Shown here: positions 11,893-23,245 of the stretch, one piece after another
How positions within the stretch are numbered: position 1 is the stretch's first letter
How the letters are laid out: every line of letters begins with the position of its first letter
NCBI RefSeq assembly: GCF_052425735.1
Contig: NC_135770.1
Coordinates: 29,946,001 to 30,010,000, forward strand
Direction: 5' to 3'
Length of the DNA: 64,000 bases
Origin: Oculina patagonica
Lineage: Eukaryota
Program-made: the position numbers and the translations under genes
Notes under the pieces: model-generated
Told to the model about the DNA's origin: nothing
Seen by the model: only the letters and a program-made list of their open reading frames with translations
Databases searched by the model: none

Positions 11893-12223
11893 AGCGTCTT
11901 CAAGTGTTCACGATAATAATTGTTTTCTTTTTCTTGAGCTGTTCAGACGTGGGCTGCAGCTATTTCGCTTATGGTTCTTAGTGACTCGAGATTTTTAATT
12001 TGATTTTAATTTGCATTTTAGGCTTATTAACCTCTCGTTTATTAGAGCGTTGCGTTCCAGGCATGGGCTGGCGCATTTATTGTTGTTCTTTTTATGTCAT
12101 GTACGGGTTTAATAGGGTCAAGTTGACCTTCTTGTGTTGTGTGCAAGACTTGGGCTGGCGCATTTATGACGACCTACGGATATGGTCTGATTATTTGTTT
12201 TGCGTTTCAGACCTTTGCACGCG
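11581..12223 (+). other. Array of 7-8 conserved 25-nt bulged hairpins (N5-NN-CAG-RCDTGGG-CTG-N5')
   Basis: Copies at 11581, 11662, 11743, 11824, 11937, 12051, 12138 and a degenerate one at 12201. Outer stems covary: AGTGG/TCACT, AGCTG/CAGCT, TGCGT/GCGCA, TGTGT/GCGCA. Confidence 0.8.
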
Positions 12224-12699
12224 TTGTTTTTCTTTTTCTTTTTCTTTCGTTCTTGCCAATAGCGCTGGTGGGGCTGCCACATCGGTGTGGCTTTTTGGCC
12301 CCTTAGGCCCCACCTTGTTAGTTCTGTTGACAAGCAAATCAATTTTTATAAATCATCGGGATTTTTGTTGAGTAATAAACAGCCACGCACCGTGGCCATT
12401 TTACTTCCAACGAAGTGTTTTATTCATTGCGTTCTATCGATTAATTTCTCCACGCCATTGGCAGGATGAATAAAGTTTCGAGTTAAAGGCGCTGCATAAA
12501 ACTATTTCTTGTTTTACTTTATATTATTTGTTTTTCAATTTTGTGAATAGGCTACAAACTTTTCCTTTAATATTTATTTTCTTCACTTTTTTTTGCACTG
12601 CCCTTGTGCTAAATTTAACTTATGCAAATTTGTGACAATTGATGTCGTGCGTGCTTACATTACGGCAGGAATAGTTTTGCTCTTTGCGTTTCGTGTTGT

Positions 12700-15442
12700 T
12701 TCGTTCTGTGAAACGGCAGGATTTTGTTCCTTCTCGGCAATTTTAGGTGGTAAGTGCGGAATTAGTCGTGGACATACAGATTGTATAGCCCTAAATGATT
12801 GTGACGGCGATATCAGTTTGCATTCAGCAAATCACCACCTGTCAAGAGAAAATACATGTGAAAGGGATCTAATACTGGCAAGAGCAGGTCTTTTAGAACT
12901 CACTGAAGAACAGATTAAGAATATGATGGTTTGTCCAGCCCATCGTTTTACAACAAATACTTAGCCTTTACGCTTATATATATCCTATGAGCAAGCTACA
13001 GGAAATTCACCAGCCCTACGGAAAACTAACTAAGTGGGAAATAAAGCAGGCACGCTCTCATGCCAAACTACATGGGCCTGGTACTATCCCTGAAGCTACG
13101 CTAAAGCATCGTGTACGGCTTGATATGGGAAAAGTCGAACACTTCGTAGAATTCACAAACAGGCCCTACTTTTATCAAGACGTTTCGTACGGTAGCAAGA
13201 TACTAACCCTAGACAGTGGTGACAAAATAGAAATGCCAAACGTTGTCAGAACGGTGACCAGATCTACAATGATTGAACAATATTTGGAATACTGCAAAGA
13301 ACAATGTTATGAGCCACTCAGTAGATCTACGTTGTTTAAAATCTTGGAGGTTCGAAAGGCGTCTCAGCGTAAATCGCTCCAGGGCTTGGACAATACTGCT
13401 GCCGATGGCGCAGCGGGATTTGAGACCCTCGACAAACTGTTAGAAACCCTAGAGAAAGGAGGAAAGGAAAAGCAGTGGTGCCTTGAAGCTCGTCAAAAGC
13501 TCAGAGATGCTAAACGCTATCTCAAAACTGAATTCCGAGTGAACTGCCAACCAAATAATTCTACGTACGCTGACCACTGCAGGAATTTTGCACTAAGTGA
13601 TCTGGTAGAACCCGAATTCCAAAAGTCCTGTTCACATCAGCACTTATCCACTTGCGATGACTGCCAAGGGCTAAATAAAGTGCTTCAGGAACTTCGACTT
13701 GAGATCGAAGGTCCATCCTGGACGCCAGTTAATTCAGAACAACGAGAAGATTTACTGTACGACTGACCGCGCAAAGTCAGATATCTTGCTATGGAAAGCG
13801 CACATTGTCCGCTCAATAAACCAGGAAGAGGCGAAGCAAGATTTACTGAAAACAGCCGACGCGACGTCCGCCATTATTATAATGGACTGGGCCATGAAAT
13901 TTCTTCAACTGAAATATCGTGAGAAGCAGTCCGAATGGTTCGGAAAACGAGGGCTCAGCTGGCATATATCCACCGTCATAACCAAAATGTCAGCACTGGT
14001 AAGGTTGAGCTGCAATCATATGCTCACATCCTTGATTCCTGCCAGCAGGATTGGTATGCAGTCTGCTCGATCATCGAGAACACACTGAAGGCAAAGAAGG
14101 AACATCCTCACGTAACGCAGGTGAACTTTAGAAGTGACGAAGCAGGCTGTTACTACAACAACTTTCTCGTGGCGGCCGTAAGAGATGCTGGGAACCAGGC
14201 TGGTATCACCGTCACACGGTACGACTTTTCCGAGCCACAATACGGGAAAGATGTCTGTGATAGGATCCTTTGCCCGATGAAGTCAGCTATCCGACGCTAT
14301 TGCAACGAGGGACACGATGTTCTTTCTGCAAAGGACATGCGTACAGCGCTTTCCCAACGTCCTGTCCGAGGCACAACTGCCAGTGTTTGCTCTGTGAATG
14401 AGTCTCAAAAGACACTTGAAGTAAAAAAGACAGATCATTTCAGCAGATATCATAACTTTCAATTTGAATCAAATGGAATTAGGATCTGGAGAGCTTATGG
14501 TGTAGGGCAAGGGAGGCTCATTCCCTACCAAGACATCATCGTAAAGCCTCAGGGTCCTACAGATCTTGTTATAGATGTCGACTTTTTCCCAGTCAAGGAA
14601 GCACGAATCCATAACGCCACATTAACTGATGGTGAGGAAACCAGCGGTCTTTTCTCTTGCACTGAGCCTGGGTGTCTGATGGTCTTCAAAAAAGTCAGTG
14701 AGCTTGAGAATCATCTTGATGTTGGCGAGCACCGCCAAATGCGCGGAGGGTCCGAAACGGTGTATGACAAACTCAGAAGAGACTGGGCCGAGAAATTCCT
14801 TAATGTTGACAACAACGAGGGAAGTAGCAGGGCACCGGTAGCATATTGCGATGAGCGAGGAGACGAATTTGAATATCAAGCTCCTAGTTTTTGCAGTGAC
14901 TTACAGTTTGGCTGGGCTCTACACAAGGCGCGAAATCAAGGTGTGCAATTTCCTGATGATGTTAAACAATACCTAACGAGGAAATTCGACCTTGGAGAGA
15001 GAACCGGCAACAAGGCAGATCCCGGAAAAGTGGCTGCAGACATGAGAACTGCAAGAAGACCAGATGGTTTGCGGATATTTGACAGAAAAGACTGGCTAAC
15101 GAAGAGTCAAGTACAGGGTTTTTTCGAGACTAGCGGCCACACGAAGAAAGCAGGGGAACCAAGAGTTACAGATGGAGGATGTGTACGTAGAGTAGGAAGA
15201 GGAAGAAAGGCGTGAAGTGCTAGAGAGCGTCGCCGCTGAACTCAGTCCCAGGCATCCAATCTGCTATGATTCTTACTGCCTGTGTGACCTGGCACGAGAC
15301 GAGAGTCTTGACAGTTTCAGTGTAGTTATGCTCAAGGAGATATTAAGATATTTTGAGATTCCCTTTGGTTCACGAGATCGGAAATAAAATCTAGTAGTGA
15401 ACTTGTCCTCATTCTTGGAAGAATGTGACTGTCGCCAATAGG
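12700..15442 (+). pseudogene. Sola3-like DDD transposase (frameshifts, stops, internal deletion at ~12960)
   Basis: IMDWAMKF, WFGKRGLSWH, FRSDEAGCY, SEPQYGKDVCDR; C2H2-like CTEPGC..HLDVGEH; N-terminal DLILARAG..CPAHR. Confidence 0.75.
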
Positions 15443-16800
15443 AAAAAACGTTCAAATGCTATCTATTCAATTCGCGGATGCGTTTGGCTGTTGTTCAAAC
15501 TTTTAATAGTTTTCTGTGAACCGAGAAAATAAAAATAGTTTAAAGCCGTGTATTACTGTTAATGTAGGAAAGGATTAAAAGTCGTCCTTTTTTGTTGCTG
15601 AGTGAAATTAGTTAGACTATCCACTTTAGGGACCGGTCATTATTTATCAGGGGTGGAGGGCCCACGAAATTGTGGAAAAAGTGGGCTAATAAATCATGAC
15701 CCTCCCCCAAACTGGAGCCAAGAATTGTGACCCTCCCCAAATTGGAGTCTATTAAGGGTGCCCGCGGGTAATTCCAGGAGCGGGGTAGACTTGCCACAAG
15801 TCGACCTCACGAGTTTTCACGGCGAAGCGGCCGTGCGAGCGACGAAGTCGCGAGATCGAGTGACGAAGTCGCGAGAGGTCCCGGCGCGCCATAATAAACA
15901 AGACGAAGGACTTTATTGAAAGTCTAGGAGCGGAGGTGCTATTTTAAAAATCGAATTTTGGGCATGGAAAGTTAAACCGATTTTTCTTATTTTTTGGTAG
16001 TCAAAATGACAAACTAGAACTATAAAATAAACGAAATAAATGAACAGGAATTATCAGCATTTATAAAATTACTCTATTTTTATTATTAATACTATTTTTC
16101 TAAACGCAAAGATAGCTTTTTTATTAATGTCAATAAGTTGAAATTATCCAAAAATTCATTTGAGCAAGTTTCAATGAAATCGGCTGGGTAGAAATCGCTG
16201 CACAGTTGACTGTTATAGATTTTAGCTTCGCCAGTTGTTACAACAACGCTTGAGTAATGTGTTTTCGATTGCATTGACAGGTCCCTTACTTCCCTTCTTT
16301 TTCGATTCGCCATCGATGTAAGCCTTACAGTATCTTTTAATAAAAGTGGAAGCAGAGAGAAAGAAACTAGACACCCAATTCTTTTTTTCTTTTTTGGGGG
16401 GTCAATTTTACCAGAATTGAAATCAACTTTGTTTTGATACGCCGCGACGTGTAAACCTGCTACAAATTTGCATAAATTGAATTCAGCGAAGACTGAGAAG
16501 TATTTGATGACGGCATATGGGCTATTTTCAAAAGTCGAAACCAATGATAGAAGTCGTTTTGCTTTGCCAACGTAACAATTTACGAAATGAAGTTTGAAGG
16601 GAGGGCAAAATATTAATGTACGTGACATCCTAAAAATAACTTTGAATTTCCAGCGTGTTAGCCGATTGAAATCTACATTCCCTGCAAAGATTTTCGCCGT
16701 AGTAAGTCGATGTAAATTCGCCGTACATAATTTTTTAAGGCACTTTATACTATGAATAAAACTTCTCGTTGTTAAAAATCTCGTTGTCAAAATGCTGCGG

Positions 16801-17637
16801 GAAGGGTTTTTTCATAGTTCATTCCTTATGATATCCAACTGATCACGGAAACGTCTTTTTCGAAGCTTTCCGGTGAAACTAAAGACAACTCACACCAGAG
16901 CCGCTCATGATTTAACCTTCTTTAATAATTCTTATTTTTGGGACGATATTTGATAAATTTAGGATTGTCCATGCCTTATTCCGAGCAGAAAGCTAGTTTC
17001 GAAAATATTTGCTCCCTCGGACAACTGTTTTATGTGGGAAAGATAGGAAACACAATAGTAAGAAATTGCGTGACGCGTATTACGACCGTTAAAAATAGGC
17101 TTTGTTGATAAAACTCCTAAAATTCGAAAAGCTTAGTGCCCAAAACTTTTTTTCTTGTTTCTAGTACACCAACCCTAGTACTAATCGTGGATAGTATCCA
17201 GGGCTCTAGATCGCGTTATACTTTTGAGAAAAACCTCTTTAACCAACAGTATGTTTGCGTGATTTTTGCGATGGCTCTTTATGGGGTGTTTTAAAAAAAT
17301 CATAATTAATTTTTGTTAAGTCCGATTTCAAATGTTTTACCATGAACTAATAGACAAGACATAAAGTAAAATGATATACAAGTTTTATTTTATTTGAGTT
17401 AAAGCGTAATTTTTCAGCGCGTTGAGCGCGACGCCTAAATTTGACTCGAAACAGGATGATTTTTTCGGTTTTTGACCGTTCTCAGCAATCATCGCCAAAA
17501 ATATTGACAAATAACACTACAAGCCAAAATATTGCTATTTTTGTTTATCATATGGATCAATTGTCTTGCACAGAAAATTTGAAGGAATTCTGTTTTGGGC
17601 CGAAAATCGAGTGGTCGGTTCTTACACGGACGCCCAC
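16801..17637. repeat. Right terminal inverted repeat
   Basis: Ends GGTTCTTACACGGACGCCCAC followed by TTAA. Confidence 0.92.
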
Positions 17638-20005
17638 TTAAGGTCGCGGGGGATACCTACAGCATGAATAAATTCATGAAGCGAAATTTCGCTAGACCTG
17701 CATCTTTTAAAACGCTTATTTCTCCGCTGTTATGGGTGCGATTTCTCAAATTTTACAGAGACATAAAGAAATGATGAAAGATTATGTACGTCATCTTTTA
17801 TTTGGTGAATTGGACTTTACGGCGATGTTATAGCCTTGTTAGTGCCAAATTGGGAGGAACATGATTTTGTGGCAGAGTTTGCGGAACGAGTAGGAGACAG
17901 CACACTCTGATCTTGTCAAAAACTAATCAGTCAATATCTCTAGAGTGTCATAATAGAAGCGGATTTTTTAATTTAAAATTTGCCAGAAAGTAATGGCGGT
18001 TTAAATGCGCAAATTTTAATTGAATGCCTTCTACCTCTTTCTAAAAGCGCTCTTTTAAAATTCCGCTTCTGTTATGACACACTACAGTATTCATAGTTTA
18101 CCTATCTGCAGTGGCAAGTCATGAAGGGATTATCTTCCTACCCATGGTATTATACACATAGTCCCAAATGCAAATTAGCTTAGCTGTCCACTTGTATGTA
18201 TACCTACCCCCGAAGGCACGAAATAGTGCTTTTTTCGGGGCGTGGCCAGGGGCACCCCCCCCCCCCCCATGTACTTCTAAGAGTTGAGTGGAATGTATTG
18301 CGTTTTTTTTTTTAAATAAAACAATTTTTAGTTCGTGTTACAAATTTCTTCAGTTTTCTAGGCTGGCTTGTTAATTATTTTCTAATTTTACCCATACTAA
18401 TATGATCAACCCATTGTTTTCTTACAGAATACTGGCAAAAGTAGGGTCAAAGTAAATAGTAGTATACACAAACATTAAAAAGAACATTTACTATGTAACA
18501 CTAGGGTTCGATGAATTATGCTATGAGTTGCGCTACGCGTTGATGCTACGATCTTGAATCCAGTTACTCCATGGACAATCTTTTTATTATGAGGACAGGG
18601 CATTAAATGTCATGCACCCTTCTGTTTAGGTGCTTTGGCAAGATGTTGGCGCGACAGGTCGCGGTGTGCGGTCTGTTACACGCGAGAATTTGGCGCGCAT
18701 TTAAACTTGGACAAGCAACAAGAGATAGAAAACGTTGCATTGCTTGAATAACGCAAATATGAAGCACCTTACTTATGATAATCCTAATTGAGTTCTCTCT
18801 CGTTTTTCCACTTCAGGATACGTTGATGTTATCAAGTTGCCCGACTCTCCATGAAACACAACAAAACAATGGCCGGTCTAAAGCTTATACACGTCGTCTG
18901 GTTTACCGTTTGCTTTGGTGTAGCACTAATGCTGTGCCTCCTGCATTTAACGAATGTGATAAACATTAGCACGCCTCTCGCTGCTGTTGTTTCCTTAAAA
19001 CAAGTCGCCAGATATCCATTTGGTAAACAAGACCATTGCCAGATACACTCTTTAATTAACACAATGACGAGACCAGCTAATTCTAACAAAGATCAAGATG
19101 AACACGTTAGTCAAATGGCGCATATTTCGTGTAGTTTGCAAGACTTCAGACACGAGTGGCTACGTCAGCGCCGAGCACGCGTAGACTGGATGAATATTAT
19201 AAGGCCGTGTGCTGACCAAATGGCCTGGGGTTCAGTTAAGGATAACTGGGGCAAAAAAAATAGAAGCAATGCAGCAACAAGTGACGTCAAATTCAAAGAT
19301 ATCAGGCCGGCTGGAGAGTTCAGCAAGATTTTCATCCAATCAAAAACCTCAGATAATCGAACAAAGGTGATTGGTGGAGACACTTGGAGAGTTTACTTAC
19401 GTGGCCCATCAAGCGTTGCGGCCACTGTTTTTGATCACAATAACGGAACTTACGAAGCTCTATTTCTCATCACGGAGCCTGGTGTCTATCAGCTGATGGT
19501 TTACCTTGATTATAGTCTTTGTGATGGCTTCAGAGACCCGCCACATGACTGGTTCATTAAGGGAAACGATCAAGGGGAAGGCCAGGAAGATGGGATTCTA
19601 GGACCCTTAGATGAATACTTGGTGAAACAGCCCTTCAAGAATGGACTGTCCTTGAATATATCCATAGCTAAAGCCCGGCTAAATATGTCTCTTTTAGGTA
19701 AGTAAAAGTCGGTGTCACAAGAACAACCTTTAGATTGGACTACGAGTACGAGATTGAGTACGAGTACGAGTTTTCAAACCAAATTCGTTTGTCTCCTATA
19801 ATCACTTGCAACACCAATCTTATCCCTAACGTTTATTTATGTGTTATTCAGCAACGGGGAAGAGTTAAAGTTCGGGAGATACAATTGTGTCGACATTCCA
19901 AAGTCGTTCTCGTACTCGTAGTCCAGTCTCAACGTCGCTAATAAATTTCTTCGACTTCAAAAACTTGCTACCATGACGGGTCATTGGACTTGGATTTAAA
20001 TCTTA

Positions 20006-20065
20006 TCGGGGGTGGAAGAGGAATAATGAATAAGTCACTTCCAATAATTCCTCTTCCACCCCCGA
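20006..20065. mobile_element. 60-bp miniature TIR element with 8-bp TSD
   Basis: 19-bp TIR TCGGGGGTGGAAGAGGAAT; TSD AAATCTTA; empty site in the paralog at ~47788. Confidence 0.85.
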
Positions 20066-22044
20066 AAATCTTACACTTCTTTCTAGTCAAACTGAATGCT
20101 GTAATAATGATTCGGAATATCATTTAAAGCCCATAATTTGTAGAAACTAACTGGATATAATACATACTAACTCGTGTGGCTTAAATGGGATAGTTGATGT
20201 TATTTTGTCATATTACAGTTAGGTTACTATTGTTAGCGGCTACTAATTTTAGTGATTTTTTTTTTCTGAGCAAGATTTAGCGTCTATAATTTAGCGATTT
20301 TCCCAAAATATTTAGAAAATAGAGATATCGTGTAAACCAGTTTCTTGATGAACATATAATTATAACTTAGATGAACATAATTGCTAAGTAAAAGAACAAA
20401 TTCAGTTGAAACGAAGAAAAAAAGTTAAAGGTACCCATTTTTTAAAGACCATGTCTAATGGTCCTTAATTTTGTTTCTTTAGGGGTGGGAAGGGGGGAGG
20501 GAAGGCTTAAATGTAACCAGTAATAAATTTGGCCGAAACAAATTTTAGCGAGTACTAAAGCAGTTCACCCAATAAGGAAGGGAGATGTGGTATTTACCAC
20601 ATAAAATGACAAAGATGTTTCGATAATTTTAAAAAGTCTCTTAAAAGGTACCAGAATCCATCTTGTGTGTGGCTAAAGTTTATGTTTTTTTAGGGAAGCA
20701 TTACTTCAAAAACATATTGTCGATGAGAGATGATTAACAAGAGACAATGAAATTATTAAATGTAAATTTCATTTATTGACAACTTATTCATGTGTAGACG
20801 GTGCCATAATAATTATGTAAAGCAGTTAGGGGGCTGGCCTGGTATGGAGGCCCTGGTTCTAGCCCTCTATCTAGTCATTCCTCCTTCAACCCTGCTGGAA
20901 TATTCCTCATTTGAAATTCATCTGAGGACTTGAGCCACTGCCAAATTGCTTCTGGTACATGCAATTGTTTCTGTTTTAAAAACGAATACGTAAAATGTAG
21001 CTACGAGCATGACAACTTTAATTATACGCTAAAATTCAGCTAAGCTTACTGGAAAATCAGACTGAATGAACGTTAACTTAAAAAAAATTGAACTCAAATC
21101 AAACAGAACTATTTTGTTAATAAATGATACTTTATTCATTCACAATACATTAGTTACATTAATAACAGGACTTACCTTTTGTGATTTACTTAAAGAACTA
21201 CATCACTTCCTTACAATATACTCCTCACTTGCAATATTTAATTTACTATAAGTACATTAATTTCCTTTATATATTTCCCACTTACAATATTTACTTACAA
21301 TACATTACCTACAATATATTTCTCGCATAGCCCTGAAGATAATAACAATCACCAAGCTGAAACCTTCGTTCTATTGAGTTGTTTTAAAAATTACTGATCG
21401 TAATTCATTTTAGTTTTGGAAGTTAAAACAACCTTTGTAACTTGCGCAGTAATGAACATAAAAAAAAATTCCAGTTTCGTAAGAAAGGAGTTAGTAAGTG
21501 GCATATTTTTAGCTTTAAGCCAAATGATACTTATTGGTGAAGATGTTACTAAATATATTTAACTTTTTTTTCTGCAGACAAACTTGAGGGCCTGGATACT
21601 TGTTCCCATAACTGCAGGTTTTTATGGGATGGATTCGGTCAATGGAAAAAAAAAGTGGAGGCCACATCTTGAAGGTTAGAACTGTTTAAGTATTGACACT
21701 TTTAGCAGAGGCCCCGTTGGGAACGTCGGACAAAACCCGTCAATGTTCTCGTATCCTCAGTATGGTGACCTGTCATAATCCAGTCGAAAGGGTTCAATAT
21801 CTCACCTGAAAGTGTTTATCATTAAAATAAGTGCTATAGAAGATTTTTTTTTTTTTAAACAAAACACGATATTTTAAGCAATTTTTGAAAAAGTTCAAAT
21901 TTGCCGCCATTTTGGCCTACCGTTCGTCTTAATCTTTTGTCGGTTTCAAAGGGCTCTTCCACGACGACATTTTTTTAAATAGTACAAGACAATAAAATGC
22001 ACAATGATAGCTCCAAAGGATGATAGCTCCAAAAGTGCGGAAAA

Positions 22045-22624
22045 CAGTCAACTCTCTCTAAGACGGACACCTTCGGGACCGGCCGCAGCTGTCCGTCTTA
22101 GAGAGGTGTCCGCTCTGTAGAGAGTCGAGGTAACACGAGACCAGTAATTCTGAGATAATAAAGCTAAACCTTTGCACAATGCAACAAACCTTTGCTAACT
22201 GCAACAATACTAAAACAATAAAAGGACCGTATTTGCTTGTTAAAGGAAAAATTGAGAGCTTCTACGCAAACTGTACAACTTTAAGTAGAAAACGACCTCT
22301 TTAGTGCCCATACACGTAAGCAGAAAAGTAATGTTTTTAGTTAGTAACGGCTTGGTATACACGTATCCCTAGGTCGCTGACTTACTTTGCTTTAGGTCAA
22401 TACGAAGTTTGGAATATTTTCACTAATAAAAAAATGATAAAAAACACTTCTCAAGTGTCCGTTAATGATTTCAAAGTGTCCGTTGTCCGTCTTAGAGAGG
22501 TGTCCGTCTTATAGGGAATTTGGTTACGGTAAAATGCCTGAAAAACGGCAGGGACCTCCACCAGGTGTCCGTCCTATGGATGTGTCCGTCTTATAGAGGT
22601 GTCCGTTAAGAGAGAGTTGACTGT
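22045..22624. mobile_element. Tc1/mariner-pogo-type MITE
   Basis: TIR CAGTCAACTCTCTCT..ACGGACACC / GGTGTCCGTTAAGAGAGAGTTGACTG, followed by TA. Confidence 0.75.
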
Positions 22625-22915
22625 AGTACTCAAAATGAATACTTAAAACAATAGTTATACGGTTATATAAATCTATGAGCCAGGCACAGGATGTGATCCA
22701 AGGACAATTCCTTACGGCGTTTTAGCAAGGGGATACTTGTTTCTAGGACGTGCCATGTGAATAACTTTATGACATTAGGGCATTTCTGTTAATTACACGA
22801 ACGTAGATTAGAGCCCCAGGGCCCCGGGAAATTTTTCACTCGTATACTGCGTTCTTACTACCAGGACGCTCCTAACAATGGTGACAGGAGAGCTGGCTAT
22901 TCAAATACACACATA

Positions 22916-23245
22916 TTCCGGTTATAAGCCCTGGGCTTATACAACTTCGTAAGAGGTTTTGGGTGGGCTTATAAGCGGAGTGGCTTATATCCGGGAGGGC
23001 TTATAAGCGGAATAAAAAAAAAACTTTTCGAAACGAGCCACGGAAGTGTTGATCTAAAAGCGTTTATAAGTTAAAAACGCATAATAAAGCAACATTTAGC
23101 CCTGTTCAGTACTGTCATCTGGCAGAGGGGGACTTATATCCAGGGGAGGCTTATAATCGGATGCATTTTTTGCTTCCAAGTACATGGGCCTATAACCGGG
23201 GGAGGGAGCTTAAGCGCGGGGACTTATAACCGGAATTTTACGGTA
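22916..23245. mobile_element. Pogo-like MITE remnant with GGGCTTATA repeats
   Basis: ATTCCGGTTATAAG...CTTATAACCGGAATTTTACGGTA; absent from the paralogous intron. Confidence 0.6.

Larger units (their letters stand above)
6694..12638 (+). mobile_element. Tyrosine-recombinase retrotransposon (DIRS order, Ngaro-like proteins)
   Basis: SGNH, gag, RT-RNaseH and YR ORFs; no methyltransferase domain seen. Putative ends are marked by the direct repeat TGTGACAA (6694-6701, 12631-12638); boundaries are inferred. Confidence 0.85.
4293..17637 (+). mobile_element. Large cut-and-paste DNA transposon, Sola3-like, TTAA TSD, long TIRs; hosts a nested YR retroelement
   Basis: TTAA at 4289-4292 and 17638-17641. 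Near-identical inverted repeats 4293-~5045 and ~16880-17637, imperfect out to ~5123/16801. Identical 66-aa ORFs on opposite strands. Internal DDD transposase. Confidence 0.8.

Noticed and set aside
11576-12223. Calling the hairpin array a true CRISPR array
   Set aside because: The context is eukaryotic, there are no cas genes, the first four spacers are near-identical, and the repeats conserve structure rather than full sequence. Kept as an unclassified array.
16092-16790. 232-aa minus-strand ORF as a cargo gene
   Set aside because: TTG start, no recognisable motifs, and composition typical of AT-rich non-coding DNA.
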